Origin: Octopus vulgaris
Lineage: Eukaryota
Assembly (NCBI GenBank): GCA_951406725.2
Contig: OX597815.1
Coordinates: forward strand, 190,154,001-190,218,000
Length of the DNA: 64,000 nucleotides
Direction: 5' to 3'
Part shown: positions 40,957 to 53,858 of the stretch, in pieces
Layout of the letters: the number at the start of each line of letters is the position of its first letter
Position numbering within the stretch: the stretch's first letter is position 1
Position numbers and translations under genes: made by a program
Notes under the pieces: model-generated
Databases searched by the model: none
Seen by the model: only the letters and a program-made list of their open reading frames with translations
What the model was told of the DNA's origin: nothing

Positions 40957-41318
40957 AGGAGTGGCTGTGTGGTAAGTAGCTTGCTTACCAACCATGTGGT
41001 TCCGGGTTCAGTCCCACTGCGTGGCACCTTGGGCAAGTGTCTTCTACTATAACCTCAGGCCAACCAAAGCCTTGTGAGTGGATTTGGTTGACAGAAACTG
41101 AAAAAAGCCTGTCGTAGATATGTATATCTTCTCTCGAAGAGCGTAGGCTCGAAACGTAAAAGACTTGTTTTATTTCTATTCCTGAGCGCCATACTAATAC
41201 ATTGTTTGTTTGTACTCCACCTGCCTTTGTCTTTTGTTTATTTTCGTAAACCTGCCTTCGTCTTTTGTTTATTTTCGTAAACCTGCCTTCGTCTTTTGTT
41301 TATTTTTGTAAACCTTCC

Positions 41319-41367
<49 letters not shown>

Positions 41368-41600
41368 GTGTGTGTATATGTTTGTGCATCTGTGTTTGTC
41401 CCCCTAACATCGCTTGACAACTGATGCTGGTGTGTTTATGTCCCCGTAACTTAGCGGTTTGGCACAAGAGACTGATAGAATAAGTACTAGGCTTACAAAG
41501 AATAGGTCCTGGGGTCAATTTGCTCGACTAAAGGCGATGCTCCAACATGGCCGCAGTTAAATGACTGAAACAAGTAAAAGAAAAGAAAGAAAAGAAAAGA
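40957..41600 (+). mobile_element. SINE family A with an HHR-bearing insert and a 31-bp triplication (41219-41315)
   Basis: Family motifs; the insert is homologous to 24817-24950. Confidence 0.85.
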
Positions 41601-41601
41601 G

Positions 41602-41669
<68 letters not shown>

Positions 41670-42354
41670 GATATGTGCAGACATAGCTGTGTGGTAATAA
41701 GCTTGCTTCTCAAAGACATGGTTGGGCAAGTGTCTTTTACTATAGCCCTGAGCCGACCAAAGCCTGTTGAGTGCATCTGGAAAAGGGAAACTGAAAGAAT
41801 CCCATCATGTGTGTGCATGTGCATGCATATATCTCCATGTCTTTGTATCTCTGTTTGCCCACCACCACCACCACCACCACCACATTACAACCGGTGTTGG
41901 TGTGTTTGCATCTAAGTAACTTAGCAGTTCCGGAAAAGAGACTAATCAAATAAGTATCAGATTCAAAACAAAACTTAAGTACCGGGGTTGATGTTCTCGG
42001 CTAAAATTCTTCAAGGCAGTGCCCCAGCATGGCCACAGCCTAATGAACGAAGCAATCAAAAGGTAAAAGAGCTGTGAGATACTCAGCCACACGACCACCA
42101 ATTCAATTAGCAAATAATGAGCAGCTGGCTCAACAAACAAATGCTCATTGTCAAAAGTCAACAGAGAGACACTTACTTACTTAGCTTCTGCCAGGTGTGC
42201 ATACGTTTGAGCGTCAGTGTGTGTATGCTAATGCAGGTTAATGTGTGTGGTTGCATGTGTTAGTGTCTGTGTTAATAACTGGAGATTCAAATTTCCCAAA
42301 TACTGGTATTTGACAAACAGCAGTTGTTTAATCATTGACACTACAAAACTCATG

Positions 42355-42417
<63 letters not shown>

Positions 42418-42497
42418 ATACACACATACATATATATATATATGTATGTATGTATATATATGTGTGTGTGTGTGTGTGTATATAGATAGATATATAC

Positions 42498-42544
<47 letters not shown>

Positions 42545-42548
42545 CACC

Positions 42549-42590
<42 letters not shown>

Positions 42591-42710
42591 CATACGAACT
42601 ATAAAAGCATTTATAATTATATATATACTCAGGTATATAAATATTTATATGTGCAAGTGTGTATGTGCATACAAATATACACACACACATACATGTATAT
42701 ATGTGTGTGT

Positions 42711-42741
<31 letters not shown>

Positions 42742-42750
42742 TATATATAT

Positions 42751-42918
<168 letters not shown>

Positions 42919-44221
42919 ATATGCATATATAGCAACAGATAATTGTAAATGGCTACATATGACAGCACATCAAACGAATCTTCAGTAACTCTAATTTACT
43001 CTCACAGCCCACATCAACTTAATATCAAATTAAATCATTTCCATTTCTCGCTCCTATCACCACCTGACAAGAAACCTACATAAAGGAACACACACATTGA
43101 TCTTCATTAATGGACCTTATTCTCGAGTGTCCTTTCATAGCATTCAATGTTCTTTCACCTATAACTAATATTCTAATAGAACACAATCGGCATCTCTTTG
43201 ATTATGACATCTTACAATACGGAAAGCTCGGGTCGCCCTCACCTTCTCATACAGCTGAGAGAATATTAACCCTTACGCTACCAAACCATCCAAGACCGAC
43301 TCAGGTTCTGTGATACAAACAAAACTTCATGCTTAAAATTGTTTATATTTTAAATTAAGATATTCCATCATAATTTTATGTAAGAATCTTCTATTGGGTT
43401 CTGTTCCAAGCACAAACCTAATAATGATAAACTTCGCAGTTTTCATAAATCGTTGCAAATTGATTTATTAAAATTACAAAATTAATTGAAATATGAAGAC
43501 AGTGTATTTCATGAGAAATATGGTTATAAAAGAGTTAATACTACCTACCTACCTCCCTCTCTCTCTCTCTTTCTCTCTTTCTCTTTTTCTCATTCCTTCT
43601 TTCTCTTTCTTAATGTCAAATGTCATTAGAAACACCTAAATATTATAATCTGTTAAAGGACATCCCAATTGTGTATTTAACAAGTCATATATGAATAAAG
43701 ACCTTTATCCTAAATATGATAATGTGTTTGTGTTAATGTGTGTTATGTGAGTTCATGTGCTTGTGTGTGTATGCATGTATAAATATATATATATACACAT
43801 ACATTTACATACACATATGCTACCTCGCTTGGCAACAGGTGGGGGTTGGCGTCAGGAAGGGCATCCGGCCGTAGAAAGCTTGCCACACGCTTAGCGCTGC
43901 GTATATGTGCATAAATATCTTGGTCCAACCCATGCTAGCATGGAGAACGGACGTTAAACGATGATGATGATGATGATGATATATATACGTATATATATAT
44001 ATATATAGTAGAAATATGTTACAAAAAGAAAATATAAAACACATGTGGAAATGTAAGGGTAAAATATGAAAAATCAACGAAAATGCACATTGCAAATAAA
44101 AAAAAGGCTATTTATGACAGGTAACGACAAATATATACATTTAGATTGACTGAGATAGTAATTCGAGTCATGAAAATCATTATTATGAGATGATTATAAA
44201 ATGATAATAAAGTAAGAGAAC

Positions 44222-44260
44222 AAAACGGACCATGGTTTACGCGAAGCTATTCATCGTTTT
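44222..44260 (-). ncRNA. Minimal hammerhead-like motif, apparent A3-U8 core
   Basis: rc AAAACG-ATGAATA-GCTTCGC-GTAAA-CCATGG-TC-CGTTTT: 6-bp stem I, palindromic stem III ACCATGGT, GUC triplet; the GAAA box has an extra or altered T. Confidence 0.55.
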
Positions 44261-44274
44261 CATATATATATATG

Positions 44275-44886
44275 TGTGAAGACCTGTTGAGGCAAGTGAG
44301 GATCAGCATCGAAATCGATCAATGGAAATTGCAGATGTGTTACCAGTGCCGGTGGCATGTCGTGCCGGTGGCATGTCGTGCCGGTGGCATGTCGTGCCGG
44401 TGGCATGTCGTGCCGGTGGCATGTCGTGCCGGTGGCATGTCGAAACTCTACTTGTGAAGACCCGTTGAGGCAAGTGAGGATCAGAATCGAAATCAATCAA
44501 TGGAAATCGATCAATGGAAATTGCAGATGTGTTACCAGTGCCGGTGGCATGTAAGAGAACCTTCCGTTTCGCGACCGTTGCCAGCACCGCCCCATTTAGT
44601 GTCTGTTGCCAGCCTCGCCTGGCCCTCGTGCCGGTGGCACATAAAAAGCACCATCCGTTCATGGCCGTTTGCCAGTTCTGTCTGGCACCTGTGCGGGTGG
44701 CACGTAAAAGCACCCACTACACTCACGGAGTGGTTGGCGTTAGGAAGGGCATCCAGCCGTAGAAACACTGCCAGATTTGACTGGGCCTGATGAAGCCTTC
44801 TGGCTTCACAGACCCCAGTAGAACCGTCCGACCCATGCTAGCATGGAAAGCGGACGCTAAACGATGATGATGATGATGATGATGAT
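44275..44886 (+). mobile_element. Family C / RTE 3' UTR with internal duplication
   Basis: GAAGACC.GTTGAGGCAAGTGAGGATCAG occurs twice; (GAT)n tail. Confidence 0.85.
44346..44441 (+). repeat. Six perfect copies of the 16-mer GTGCCGGTGGCATGTC
   Basis: Direct reading. Confidence 0.95.
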
Positions 44887-44914
44887 GTATGCATATATAT
44901 ATATATATATATAT

Positions 44915-45175
44915 ATCATCATCATCATCATCATCATCATCGTTTAACGTCCGTTTTCCGCGCTAGCACGGGTTGGACGGTTCGACCGGGGTCTGGGAAG
45001 CCAGAAGGCTTCATCAGGCCCAGTCAAATCTGGCAGTGTTTCTACGGCTGGATGCCCTTCCTAACGCCAACCACTCCGTGAGTGTAGTGGGTGCTTTTTA
45101 CGTGCCACCTGCACAGGTGCCAGACAGGTCTGGCATCAGCCACGATCGGTTGGTGCTTTTAACGTGCCACCGGCA
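44915..45175 (-). mobile_element. Family C repeat, tail-to-tail with the previous copy
   Basis: Near-identical reverse complement of 44685-44886. Confidence 0.9.
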
Positions 45176-45219
45176 TATATGTGTATGCATATATAAAGAT
45201 ATGTATATATTTAGGGCTA

Positions 45220-45420
45220 AACCACAAGGTGGATAACCATATGTTAGAAGAAGATCACATACAATCTAACTACAAAGAAATTCTTCATTTTTATATAATT
45301 TTCATCTGTCTTGCCCGCTTATGCTCTGGTGTTTGCTAAATTTTCTCTGGAGAACATTCTTTCTTTGTAGTTAGATCGTATGTGATCTTCTTCTAGCATA
45401 TCGTTATCCACCTAGTGGTT
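45220..45420. mobile_element. ~200-bp foldback MITE with ~60-bp TIRs
   Basis: AACCACAAGGTGGATAACCATATGTTAGAAGAAGATCACATACAATCTAACTACAAAGAAA and its reverse complement at 45360-45420; TA on both sides. Confidence 0.8.
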
Positions 45421-45604
45421 TACACATGTATTGAAATTTTTTCTGATTTTTTCAGATTTTTTATATGCTAGGCTACTGGCTTTAAATTGATATTAATTAA
45501 ATTAATATTCAATTTATCTCCCTCGTTATTTCAAATATATATATATATAAAATAGTGTACATTTAAACACAAGAGAAACTACCTATAACAGGTAATTTTA
45601 CATG

Positions 45605-45870
45605 CTAGAAGAAGTAGCCATCACTAGTGACCACTCCAAAAAAATGTTGACTGGATGCTTGATTTTTATCACTCTCAGTACATGTCCTCAGATTGACACC
45701 CAAACACTCTGAAATGTTCATATTGGAGCTTTCAGCATGAATACCAAGCAGTACAGCATGTCGTTTCCAAATTTCTGGCATAGTGAATTGTGTCATGATG
45801 CTTTTTTTTCTCAGAGACAGTGCCCAACTGACCCTACTATACTGTGGTCTCATGGCAATGATGTTACATT
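45605..45870 (-). pseudogene. Tc1/mariner-superfamily transposase remnant, internally deleted
   Basis: MPEIWKRHAVLLGIHAESSNMNISECLGVNLRT (HTH-like) joined to FGVVTSDG. Confidence 0.6.
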
Positions 45871-46584
45871 TGCATCTCTCGTGATATATCATGTAGCTTG
45901 GTAGCTTTGATGTATGAAAGCCAGTGAAATAAAAATACCTTCCTTGGAAAACAGTTATGAGTTACCAACCAGAAGGACATCCACCTGAGGGTTACTGCCT
46001 CAATAAGTCTTGCGAATCTCATGACAGCATAGAAGGGGGGGGATAGATGCAAAATGGACACATACACTCATACTCATACACACATGAGCATACGCACATG
46101 ATCATACACACATCTTCATATACATAATCCTCATAAACATACATGCTCATACATATATATGCTCTCTCACACAAATACACATACATGTGCATTTTTTTTT
46201 TATATATATAAACATGTTTGAATTCGTTGTAAAAATCAGATTTTATTCTGAAAATTTATTTACTGTAATCAAATGAATTATTTTTGTCAATTTTGCCGGT
46301 TTTCTTATCCTTTTTTTCTTGGCTTTTGTATATATGTACATACATACATGCATACATACATATATATATATATATATACATATCTATATAAATACATATA
46401 TATATGTATATATATATATATATGTATGTATGTATTTATATATGTATGCATGTATTTATATATGTATGTACATATACACATACACATATATATATATATA
46501 TACATATGTACATACATATATACATACATACATACATACATACATTCATATATATGTGTGTATATATGTATATATATATATCTT

Positions 46585-46620
<36 letters not shown>

Positions 46621-47413
46621 CATATATATACACACACATGCGCTCATATATATATATGTGTGTGTGTAAGTATTTTATTTGTGTTTTGGTTCCTTGTGTT
46701 TCCATATCTATTCTTTTGTCTCACATTTCTTGAATCGTTTTGATCTTCGTTCACATTTGTAGTTCAATGTTTCTATTTTAGGCTTGACAGTTACCATTCA
46801 AAGAAATAAACATTTGTCACCTTCAAAGAAGAGAGAATAATTTTTTTCACATCATGACACAGATCGTAGGTTTAAGGGTTATAAAAAGAAAAAAAAAAGA
46901 ATTAAAACAAGCCTGAAAGAACAAAAAGAATTAAATATCCATTAACCTTGATAAAGAACAGACCAGGCAATCGAAAAAAATAAAAGTATTCTCAAAACAA
47001 AACGAAGAAAACCATAATAATAAGTAAAACTGAGAAAGGCATTTAAAAGGCTCTGTGTACAACAGAAAGCTCTTAAAAGTTTACCTCTTGCAACTGGAAG
47101 AAAATCATTATATCAGATCAAAAATTTTACCACTCATTATCTTCCCCATCATCATCATCGTCGTTGTCATCGTCATCATCATCATCATCATCATCATACT
47201 GATCTCCTAGGTGTGTATACAACCACGTCTTGCCCGTTTCATTTTGGTCTTGGTTGTTACACCTGGATGCCCTTTCTCTCATCAAACACTTTATAGATTG
47301 CATTGGGTTCATTTTATTGTGGCACCAGCACAATAGAGATTGTCGTGTCCTCAGCACATCTAAAGTGTCCTCTCAATCTTATGTTCCCTTTGCTTATTTG
47401 CCAATCCCTTTAC

Positions 47414-47690
47414 AGAGAGTGCTGGATACATTTTATCACAGCACCAGCATTAGTTGGGTAGCCTTATATTCTGTAAGACTGAAAAATCCTCATTACTCAA
47501 ATTAACATAACTGAGAAATTAAATAGAAAGAGAGAGCATGAAGGCTAAAGAAGAGAGTGCTGGATACATTTTATCACAGCACCAGCATTAGTGGGGTAAC
47601 CTTGTATTCTGTAAGACTGAAAAATCCTCATTACTCAAATTAACATATCTGAGAAATTAAATAGAAAGAGAGAGCATGAAGACTAAAGAA
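47414..47690 (+). repeat. Tandem duplication, 138-bp unit x2
   Basis: AGAGAGTGCTGGATACATTTTATCACAGCACCAGC at 47414 and 47552. Confidence 0.9.
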
Positions 47691-48000
47691 GAATCAAGAT
47701 GGCCAGGTAAAGAATGCAAAAGTATGATGGTAGAAATTTAAGAGATTAAGATAAGAGAGAGATAGAAAAGGTGTGATTGATGGACTGTAATGGAGGTGGA
47801 GCATGATAATGATAAGAGTAAATAATGGATATCATTGAGGAAGGAGTGATGACAGGCAATATAGAAAGGGTGATAGTTAGGGTGTCATAAGAGTTACAAA
47901 AAGTGTTACAACTCAACTAATTAGGAAGAGAACTAGACTAGAAGTAATGCATTTTGTGTCTTTACAGAAGTATTTAATTAAAAGTAAACTGCTGTACATG

Positions 48001-48031
<31 letters not shown>

Positions 48032-48033
<2 letters not shown>

Positions 48034-48186
48034 TTCAGGTCACTGCCTGGAATCAAACTCAGAATCTTGGGGTTAGTAGCCTGCGCTATTAACCTATATG
48101 CCCACAGGCATATGGTATAGTGGCTAGGAGCGCGGGCTACAAACCTCAAGATTTCCAGTTCGATTCCAGGCAGTGACCTGAATAAA

Positions 48187-48221
<35 letters not shown>

Positions 48222-48372
48222 CAACAACACTGAAAAATACCTTAGGAATGAGAACCCAGGTTTGAAATTTCCCCCAAGACACCTGATAAAGGCTGTAGGG
48301 TATATCAGTTGAAACGTGTTAACAATAAACAAGATGAGGACAAATATCCATATAATGTAAATAACGTAAATA
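48032..48372 (+). mobile_element. Family E tRNA-headed SINE-like element with a downstream hammerhead, preceded by an inverted head
   Basis: Heads at 48032-48103 (-) and 48107-48185 (+), then (AAT)n, then GACAC-CTGATAA-A-GGCTG-10 nt-CAGTT-GAAA-CG-TGTT (48278-48320) and an ATGTAAATA-like repeated tail. Confidence 0.7.
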
Positions 48373-48830
48373 ATGAACCTTGGTAAAGCTTTCAACAGGG
48401 ACCATCCCTTCTTTATCAACTGGTCACTGCAGAAACTAGGAGTAGATGAATGGCTGATGAGAGCCACTGAAGCCATGTTCAGAGTTGCTGTCTGTAAGAG
48501 GAAAGCTGGCAGTGAGAACAGTGATGAATTTATTGAGCATTTAGGAGATCACTAAGGCCGACCCCTCCTATTCACCAAATCCTTCAGGCTATAATAGAGG
48601 AGTTTAGGACCGCTTACTCATTGGAACTCTTCTATACTAATGAATCTGTTCTTATAGCTGCATTTGTGACAGGGTTAGTAAAGAAATTCCAGGTGTGGAA
48701 GCAAAACCTGGAATCAAGGAGCCTTAAAGTTAATTTACTAAGTTCTAATAAGCAAGAAAATATGACCCTCTTTAATATGTAGAAAAGGTGAAGGCAGAAA
48801 TTCCATATGGTGTACCCAGCGCAAAGGTGG
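48373..48830 (+). pseudogene. RTE-clade reverse transcriptase fragment
   Basis: NLGKAFNR..INWSLQKLGVDEWLMRATEAMF (DLEKAFDR motif), decayed QG and YADD regions, KKFQVWKQNLESRSLKVNL; contains stops and frameshifts. Confidence 0.85.
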
Positions 48831-49027
48831 TAACCCCAATAAGATTTTAGAAGATATAGATGGCACTGAAAAAAGTTTATCATCATCACTTGGCTTGCTG
48901 ACACCTTGAATAAGAAATTCCATGATACTTGAGACCGTTTTTATAGCCTGTATCTTTTGAACCATCCATCGATTCCACCTTGATCCATGACTGCTGGAGC
49001 CTGTTACTTGAGAAATTGCAGTAAAAT

Positions 49028-49030
49028 GGC

Positions 49031-49084
<54 letters not shown>

Positions 49085-49223
49085 GCTGGTGGTGGTGCTG
49101 GTGCTGGTGCTGGTGGTGCTAGTGGTGGTGGTGGCGCTGGTGGTGGCGCTGGTGGTGCTGGTGATGGTGGTGGTAGTGGTGCTGGTGGTGGTGGTGGCAC
49201 TGGTGGTGGTGGTGATGGTGATG

Positions 49224-49255
<32 letters not shown>

Positions 49256-49275
49256 GACGATGACGACGACAACGG

Positions 49276-49313
<38 letters not shown>

Positions 49314-49381
49314 GCGATGACAACAACACCGATGACAGCCACGACAGTGATGACAATGATGATGATGATGATTGATGATGT
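49028..49381 (+). repeat. (GGT)n/(GAT)n low-complexity tract
   Basis: Direct reading. Confidence 0.95.
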
Positions 49382-49879
49382 ATGAGCGTGTGGATGCCCA
49401 AGTTGACATGGTAACAAGAAGGGAAAAATTCTTTCATTTCAAGATGAAGATCATATCTTCAGTATCATTTAAAGAAAGAAAGAAAAAAAAGAAACTGTAA
49501 GAAAATATATTAGTCATTCCATTAACCTCCATATATATATAGAATGGGCCATAAAAAAAAAAAGAAACAGTCCAAGAAGGCTCACAAAATTAGCCTCTTG
49601 TGACAGGAAGCAAATCATTACTTCCAGATCAAAGAATTTCACAAGGAACAGAAGAAATGTATACAGAAAACATTATAAGAAGCTCCTTGAAGAAAATCTG
49701 GAATTTGTAATCAGATTCCAAGTAATATAAAGAAAAATAAATTGTAGATAGAAATTAAAAAAGACACACTTTGATTTCTGGAATGAATCAAGTTTATTTG
49801 TTATTTTCCTTGGAGACGGTCAACTTAGATTTCTGAAAAGACCAATGGAAAAATTCAATGAAAATTGTCTGCAAGCATA

Positions 49880-50524
49880 AGCACAGGAGTGGCTGTGTGG
49901 TGAGTAGCTTGCTTACCAGCCACATGGTTCCGGGTTCATTCCTACTGCATGGCACCTTGGGCAAGTGTCTTCTACTTTAGCCTCGGGCCAACCAAAGCCT
50001 TGTGAGTGGATTTGGTAGATGGAAACTGAAAGAAGCCAAAGGGGAATATTCTTTATGTTGCATGTCTCGTTTCTCTGGTTGTTTGTTTTTTTTTGTTGTT
50101 CCAAAAAAGTTCGTTTCTATGTTTTTGTTTTTATCTTTTTGTTTCTCATTGTTTCTCATTGTTTCTCAACGTTTTTTTTTGTCCTGTACCCATATATGCA
50201 TGTATATATACATATATGTGTCAGTGTGTACATATATGTATATGTATATATGCATATATTTATATATTATTTATATTATATATATATATATATGTCTGTA
50301 TGTGTGTGTATATGTTTGTGTGTCTGTGTTTGTCTCCCCAATATCACTTGACAACTGATGGTGGTGTGTTTACATTCCCATAACTTAGCAGTTCGGCAGA
50401 AGAGACCAATAGAATAAGTACTAGGCTTACAAAGAATGAGTCCTAGGGGTGATTTACTCGACTAAAGGCGATGCTCCAGCATGGCCACAGTCAAATGACT
50501 GAAACAAGTAAAAGAATAAAAGAG
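49880..50524 (+). mobile_element. SINE family A with an internal insert
   Basis: Family motifs. Confidence 0.85.
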
Positions 50525-50989
50525 CAAGTGGCAAAATATGATTGTTGTAATACTGCTGTTGATGTAGTTGTTCTTTTTAGCCCTAGGCCAGGCCGACCTG
50601 AGCATGCCTATAATTTACAATCACTCCAGTTAGGATAATTTTATACTTTTCTTGAGCATTGCATCTACTGGACTACGTTATTAAATTGTATCTCCCTTTA
50701 AAAAAATGATAGGGCTTTAATCTGAAGGAGATTTGGTAAGTATTTCTAGGAAACTGAATATCCATGCAGGGGCTCCTTTAGTGGTTTATCAGAACAGATG
50801 AGTTAGAAAAGATTGTGACATAATATTGTGCAGGTATTTCACCAGCCATGATATCAATAAATGAATTCTACGAGATCTTCATCTCTTTATGAAGCATTTT
50901 ACTAATTCCAAACTGACAATACACCAACATGGCAATACTTTTAGTCATTTTGCCAAATATTTCAAAAGATTTCTCCAAGATTATGAAAT

Positions 50990-51410
50990 AGGCGCAGGAG
51001 TGGCTGTGTGGTAAGTAGCTTGCTTACCAACCACATTGTTCCGGGTTCATTCCCACTGCGTGGCACCTTGGGAAAGTGTCTTTTACTATAGCCTCGGGCC
51101 GTCCAAAGCCTTGTGAGTGGATTTGGTAGATGGAAACTGAAAGAAGCCCATCATACATATGTATATATATATATATATATGCATGTGTGTGTGTTTGTGT
51201 GTCTGTGTTTGTCCCCCCAACATCGCTTGACAACCGATAGCGGTGTGTTTACATCCTCGTAACTTAGCGGTTCGGCAAAAGAGACCGATAGAATAAGTAC
51301 TTGGCTTACAAAGAATAAGTCCTGGGGTTGATTTGCTCGACTAAAGGTGGTGCTCCAGCATGGCCACAGTCAAATGACTGACACAAGTGAAAGAGTAAAA
51401 GAGTAAAGAG
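50990..51410 (+). mobile_element. SINE family A, near-consensus
   Basis: Starts GGCGCAGGAGTGGCTGTGTGG and ends (GAGTAAAA)n. Confidence 0.92.
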
Positions 51411-51564
51411 AGAGATTTTGTATTTAAGCCATATTGCTTTGTGGTTCTTTGTGTGATCTTTTTTATGTCTGCAGAAACACGAGGACCTAAGTCAGCTTGT
51501 TAATAAATAAATACGACTCCAACTAAACCAATTGACTTCGCCTTATGCTCAGTTCTTCATTCAT

Positions 51565-51902
51565 TCTTGTGTGTGTGTCTGTGTCTGTGTGTGTGTGCGT
51601 GCATGTGTGTGCATGTGTGTCTGTGGCTGTGGCTGTGGCTGTGTGTCTGTGTGTGCATGTGTGTCTGTGTGCATGAGTGTGTGTACGTGTGTGTGTGTGT
51701 GTGTGTGCATGTGCGTGTGCGTCTGGTGTGTATGTGTGTGCGTGTGTGTCTGTGTATGTGTCTGTGTGCGTGTGTGTCTGTGTGTGTGTGCTTGCATGTG
51801 TGTGTCTGTGCATGCATGTGTATGCATGTGTGCATGTGTGTACATGCATGCATGTGTGTGTGTGTGTGTGCATATGTGTGTGTGTGAGTGAGCACGTGTG
51901 TG
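51565..51902 (+). repeat. Degenerate (GT)n tract
   Basis: Direct reading. Confidence 0.95.
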
Positions 51903-52199
51903 AACTTCATTGGATTCGTGTCTGTTTCGGCTGCCTTGAAAACTTTATTTTTGCATAAATTTTGGATATATTTAATAACACAATATTGATCCAATATGGA
52001 CAGATCTGTGTATTATACTTTCGACAATCTCCAACCACTCATAGTTAGCTGCAACATTATGCACCATGTATTCTGTCATGTGTATATTTATGCATGTGTG
52101 TGTGTGTGTGCATGTGTGGATATGAATGTGTGTATTTATGTGTATATGTATGTATGTGTGTGCTTAACAATATATATGAAATAATTATTAATTTTTATT

Positions 52200-52528
52200 A
52201 GTGGCTGTGTGGTAAGTAGCTTGCATACCAACCACATGGTTTATGGTTCAGTCCCACTGTGGGGCACCTTGGGCAAGTGTCTTCTACTATCACCTTGGGC
52301 CGACCAAAGCATTGTGAGTGGATTTGGTAGACGGAAACTGAAAGAAGCCCATCATATATATGTATGTATATATATATATATATACCAAGAAGTAAGTTAT
52401 ATGTATTGAATTTTATACTGTATATATGTATGTTATTATGGTTGTCGTTTTGATAAATAAGTCAAAAGTCTAATATCCTAAAGCTGATAAACCAACTAAT
52501 GTGCTTCTCCATTTTCTTATTTGTAATA

Positions 52529-52571
<43 letters not shown>

Positions 52572-52822
52572 GTGTGTGTGTGTATGTGTGCGTGTGTGTG
52601 TGTATGCTTGTGTGTCTGTGTTTGTCCCCCCAACATTGCTCGACAACCAACGCTGGTGTGTTTACATACCCGTAACTTAGCAGTTCGGCAAAAGAGAGCG
52701 ATAGAATTAGTACTAGTCTTCCAAAGAATAAGTCCTGGGGTCGATTTGCTTGACTAAAGGTGGTGCTCCAGCATGGCCACAGTCAAATGACTGAAACAAG
52801 TAAAAGAATAAAAGAGTAAAAG
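52200..52822 (+). mobile_element. SINE family A with an insert in its TA tract
   Basis: Family motifs. Confidence 0.85.
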
Positions 52823-53806
52823 AGCATGTATGTATGCTTGTATGTATGCATGTATGTATGTATGTGTGCATGTGTGTAGGTATGCATGTATGTATGTACT
52901 TATGTCTGCATATATGCATAGGAGAGAGAGGGAGAGAGACCGAGAGAGAACTACAAATGAACACAATGGTTTTGAAGTTGTTTTATTTTTTAATGTTTTT
53001 GTCATGTAAATACTGAAGGCCAATGAATTGCAATAGTAAATTTTAGATGTGATGATAGAATTGGCCAGAATCTTTGTCTGATCCAGAACCAAGTGTGTCC
53101 TGGCTTTCTTTCCTTCTCTCTTTCTTTCTCTCTTTCTTTTTTTTTTGTTTGTTTCTACCAACCACCCCCACTCCACCCTCCTTTCCCAGAGTTTCATAGG
53201 CTGGTATATGAGTGATTTATCAACAGATTAATATGCTGGTTAAAGGTCATGTTTTTATCTAATATAACACACAGAGTTTCAGCCTCTTGAGAAATAAGAG
53301 AAATAAGAATGTTGGTGCCACCAAGACAGATGCTTTGAATAATAAATTTATCTATTTATTTATCATTTTTATTGTCATTGTTGTTGTTGTTGTTGTCGCT
53401 GCTGTTGTTGTTGTCATTGTTATTTCAGAAGAAATAAAATAACAACGACAACGAAAAACTTGTATTTCAGATTCTGTGCCATTTAGTTTAAGATAGGGAT
53501 CATTCATATTTATTGATGGTTTTTGATAATAAACAGTAAATCTAGTTTGAAAGTTTTTGCATCAAAAGGATATGCGGATAGTACTGAAGGCTTTATTATC
53601 ATAAGTATAGCTATTTACATTAAAACTAAGTCCTTTGAGGTAAAGTATTGGATTGCAATTTGATCTAGACCTCAAAAAACGTCTATATCAAAGTTAGTTA
53701 CACAAAAAAATTAGTTTGGTTGCTTTCTTGCTTTCCCATAGCTTGTTACACTGAGAGTCTGTTTAGTAGATCTATTGTATATATGTATGCCTTCAAAGAA
53801 AACTTG

Positions 53807-53858
<52 letters not shown>

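Noticed and set aside
44539-44712. CRISPR-like array of palindromic GTGCCGGTGGCAC repeats with spacers (also 9680-9900 and 58665-58810)
   Set aside because: The spacers resemble each other, the array is part of an RTE 3' UTR, the context is eukaryotic and there are no cas genes
48886-49437. 183-aa Ser/Pro-rich (formin/extensin-like) ORF
   Set aside because: It derives from a (GGT)n/(GAT)n tract that is open in several frames and lacks splice or domain support
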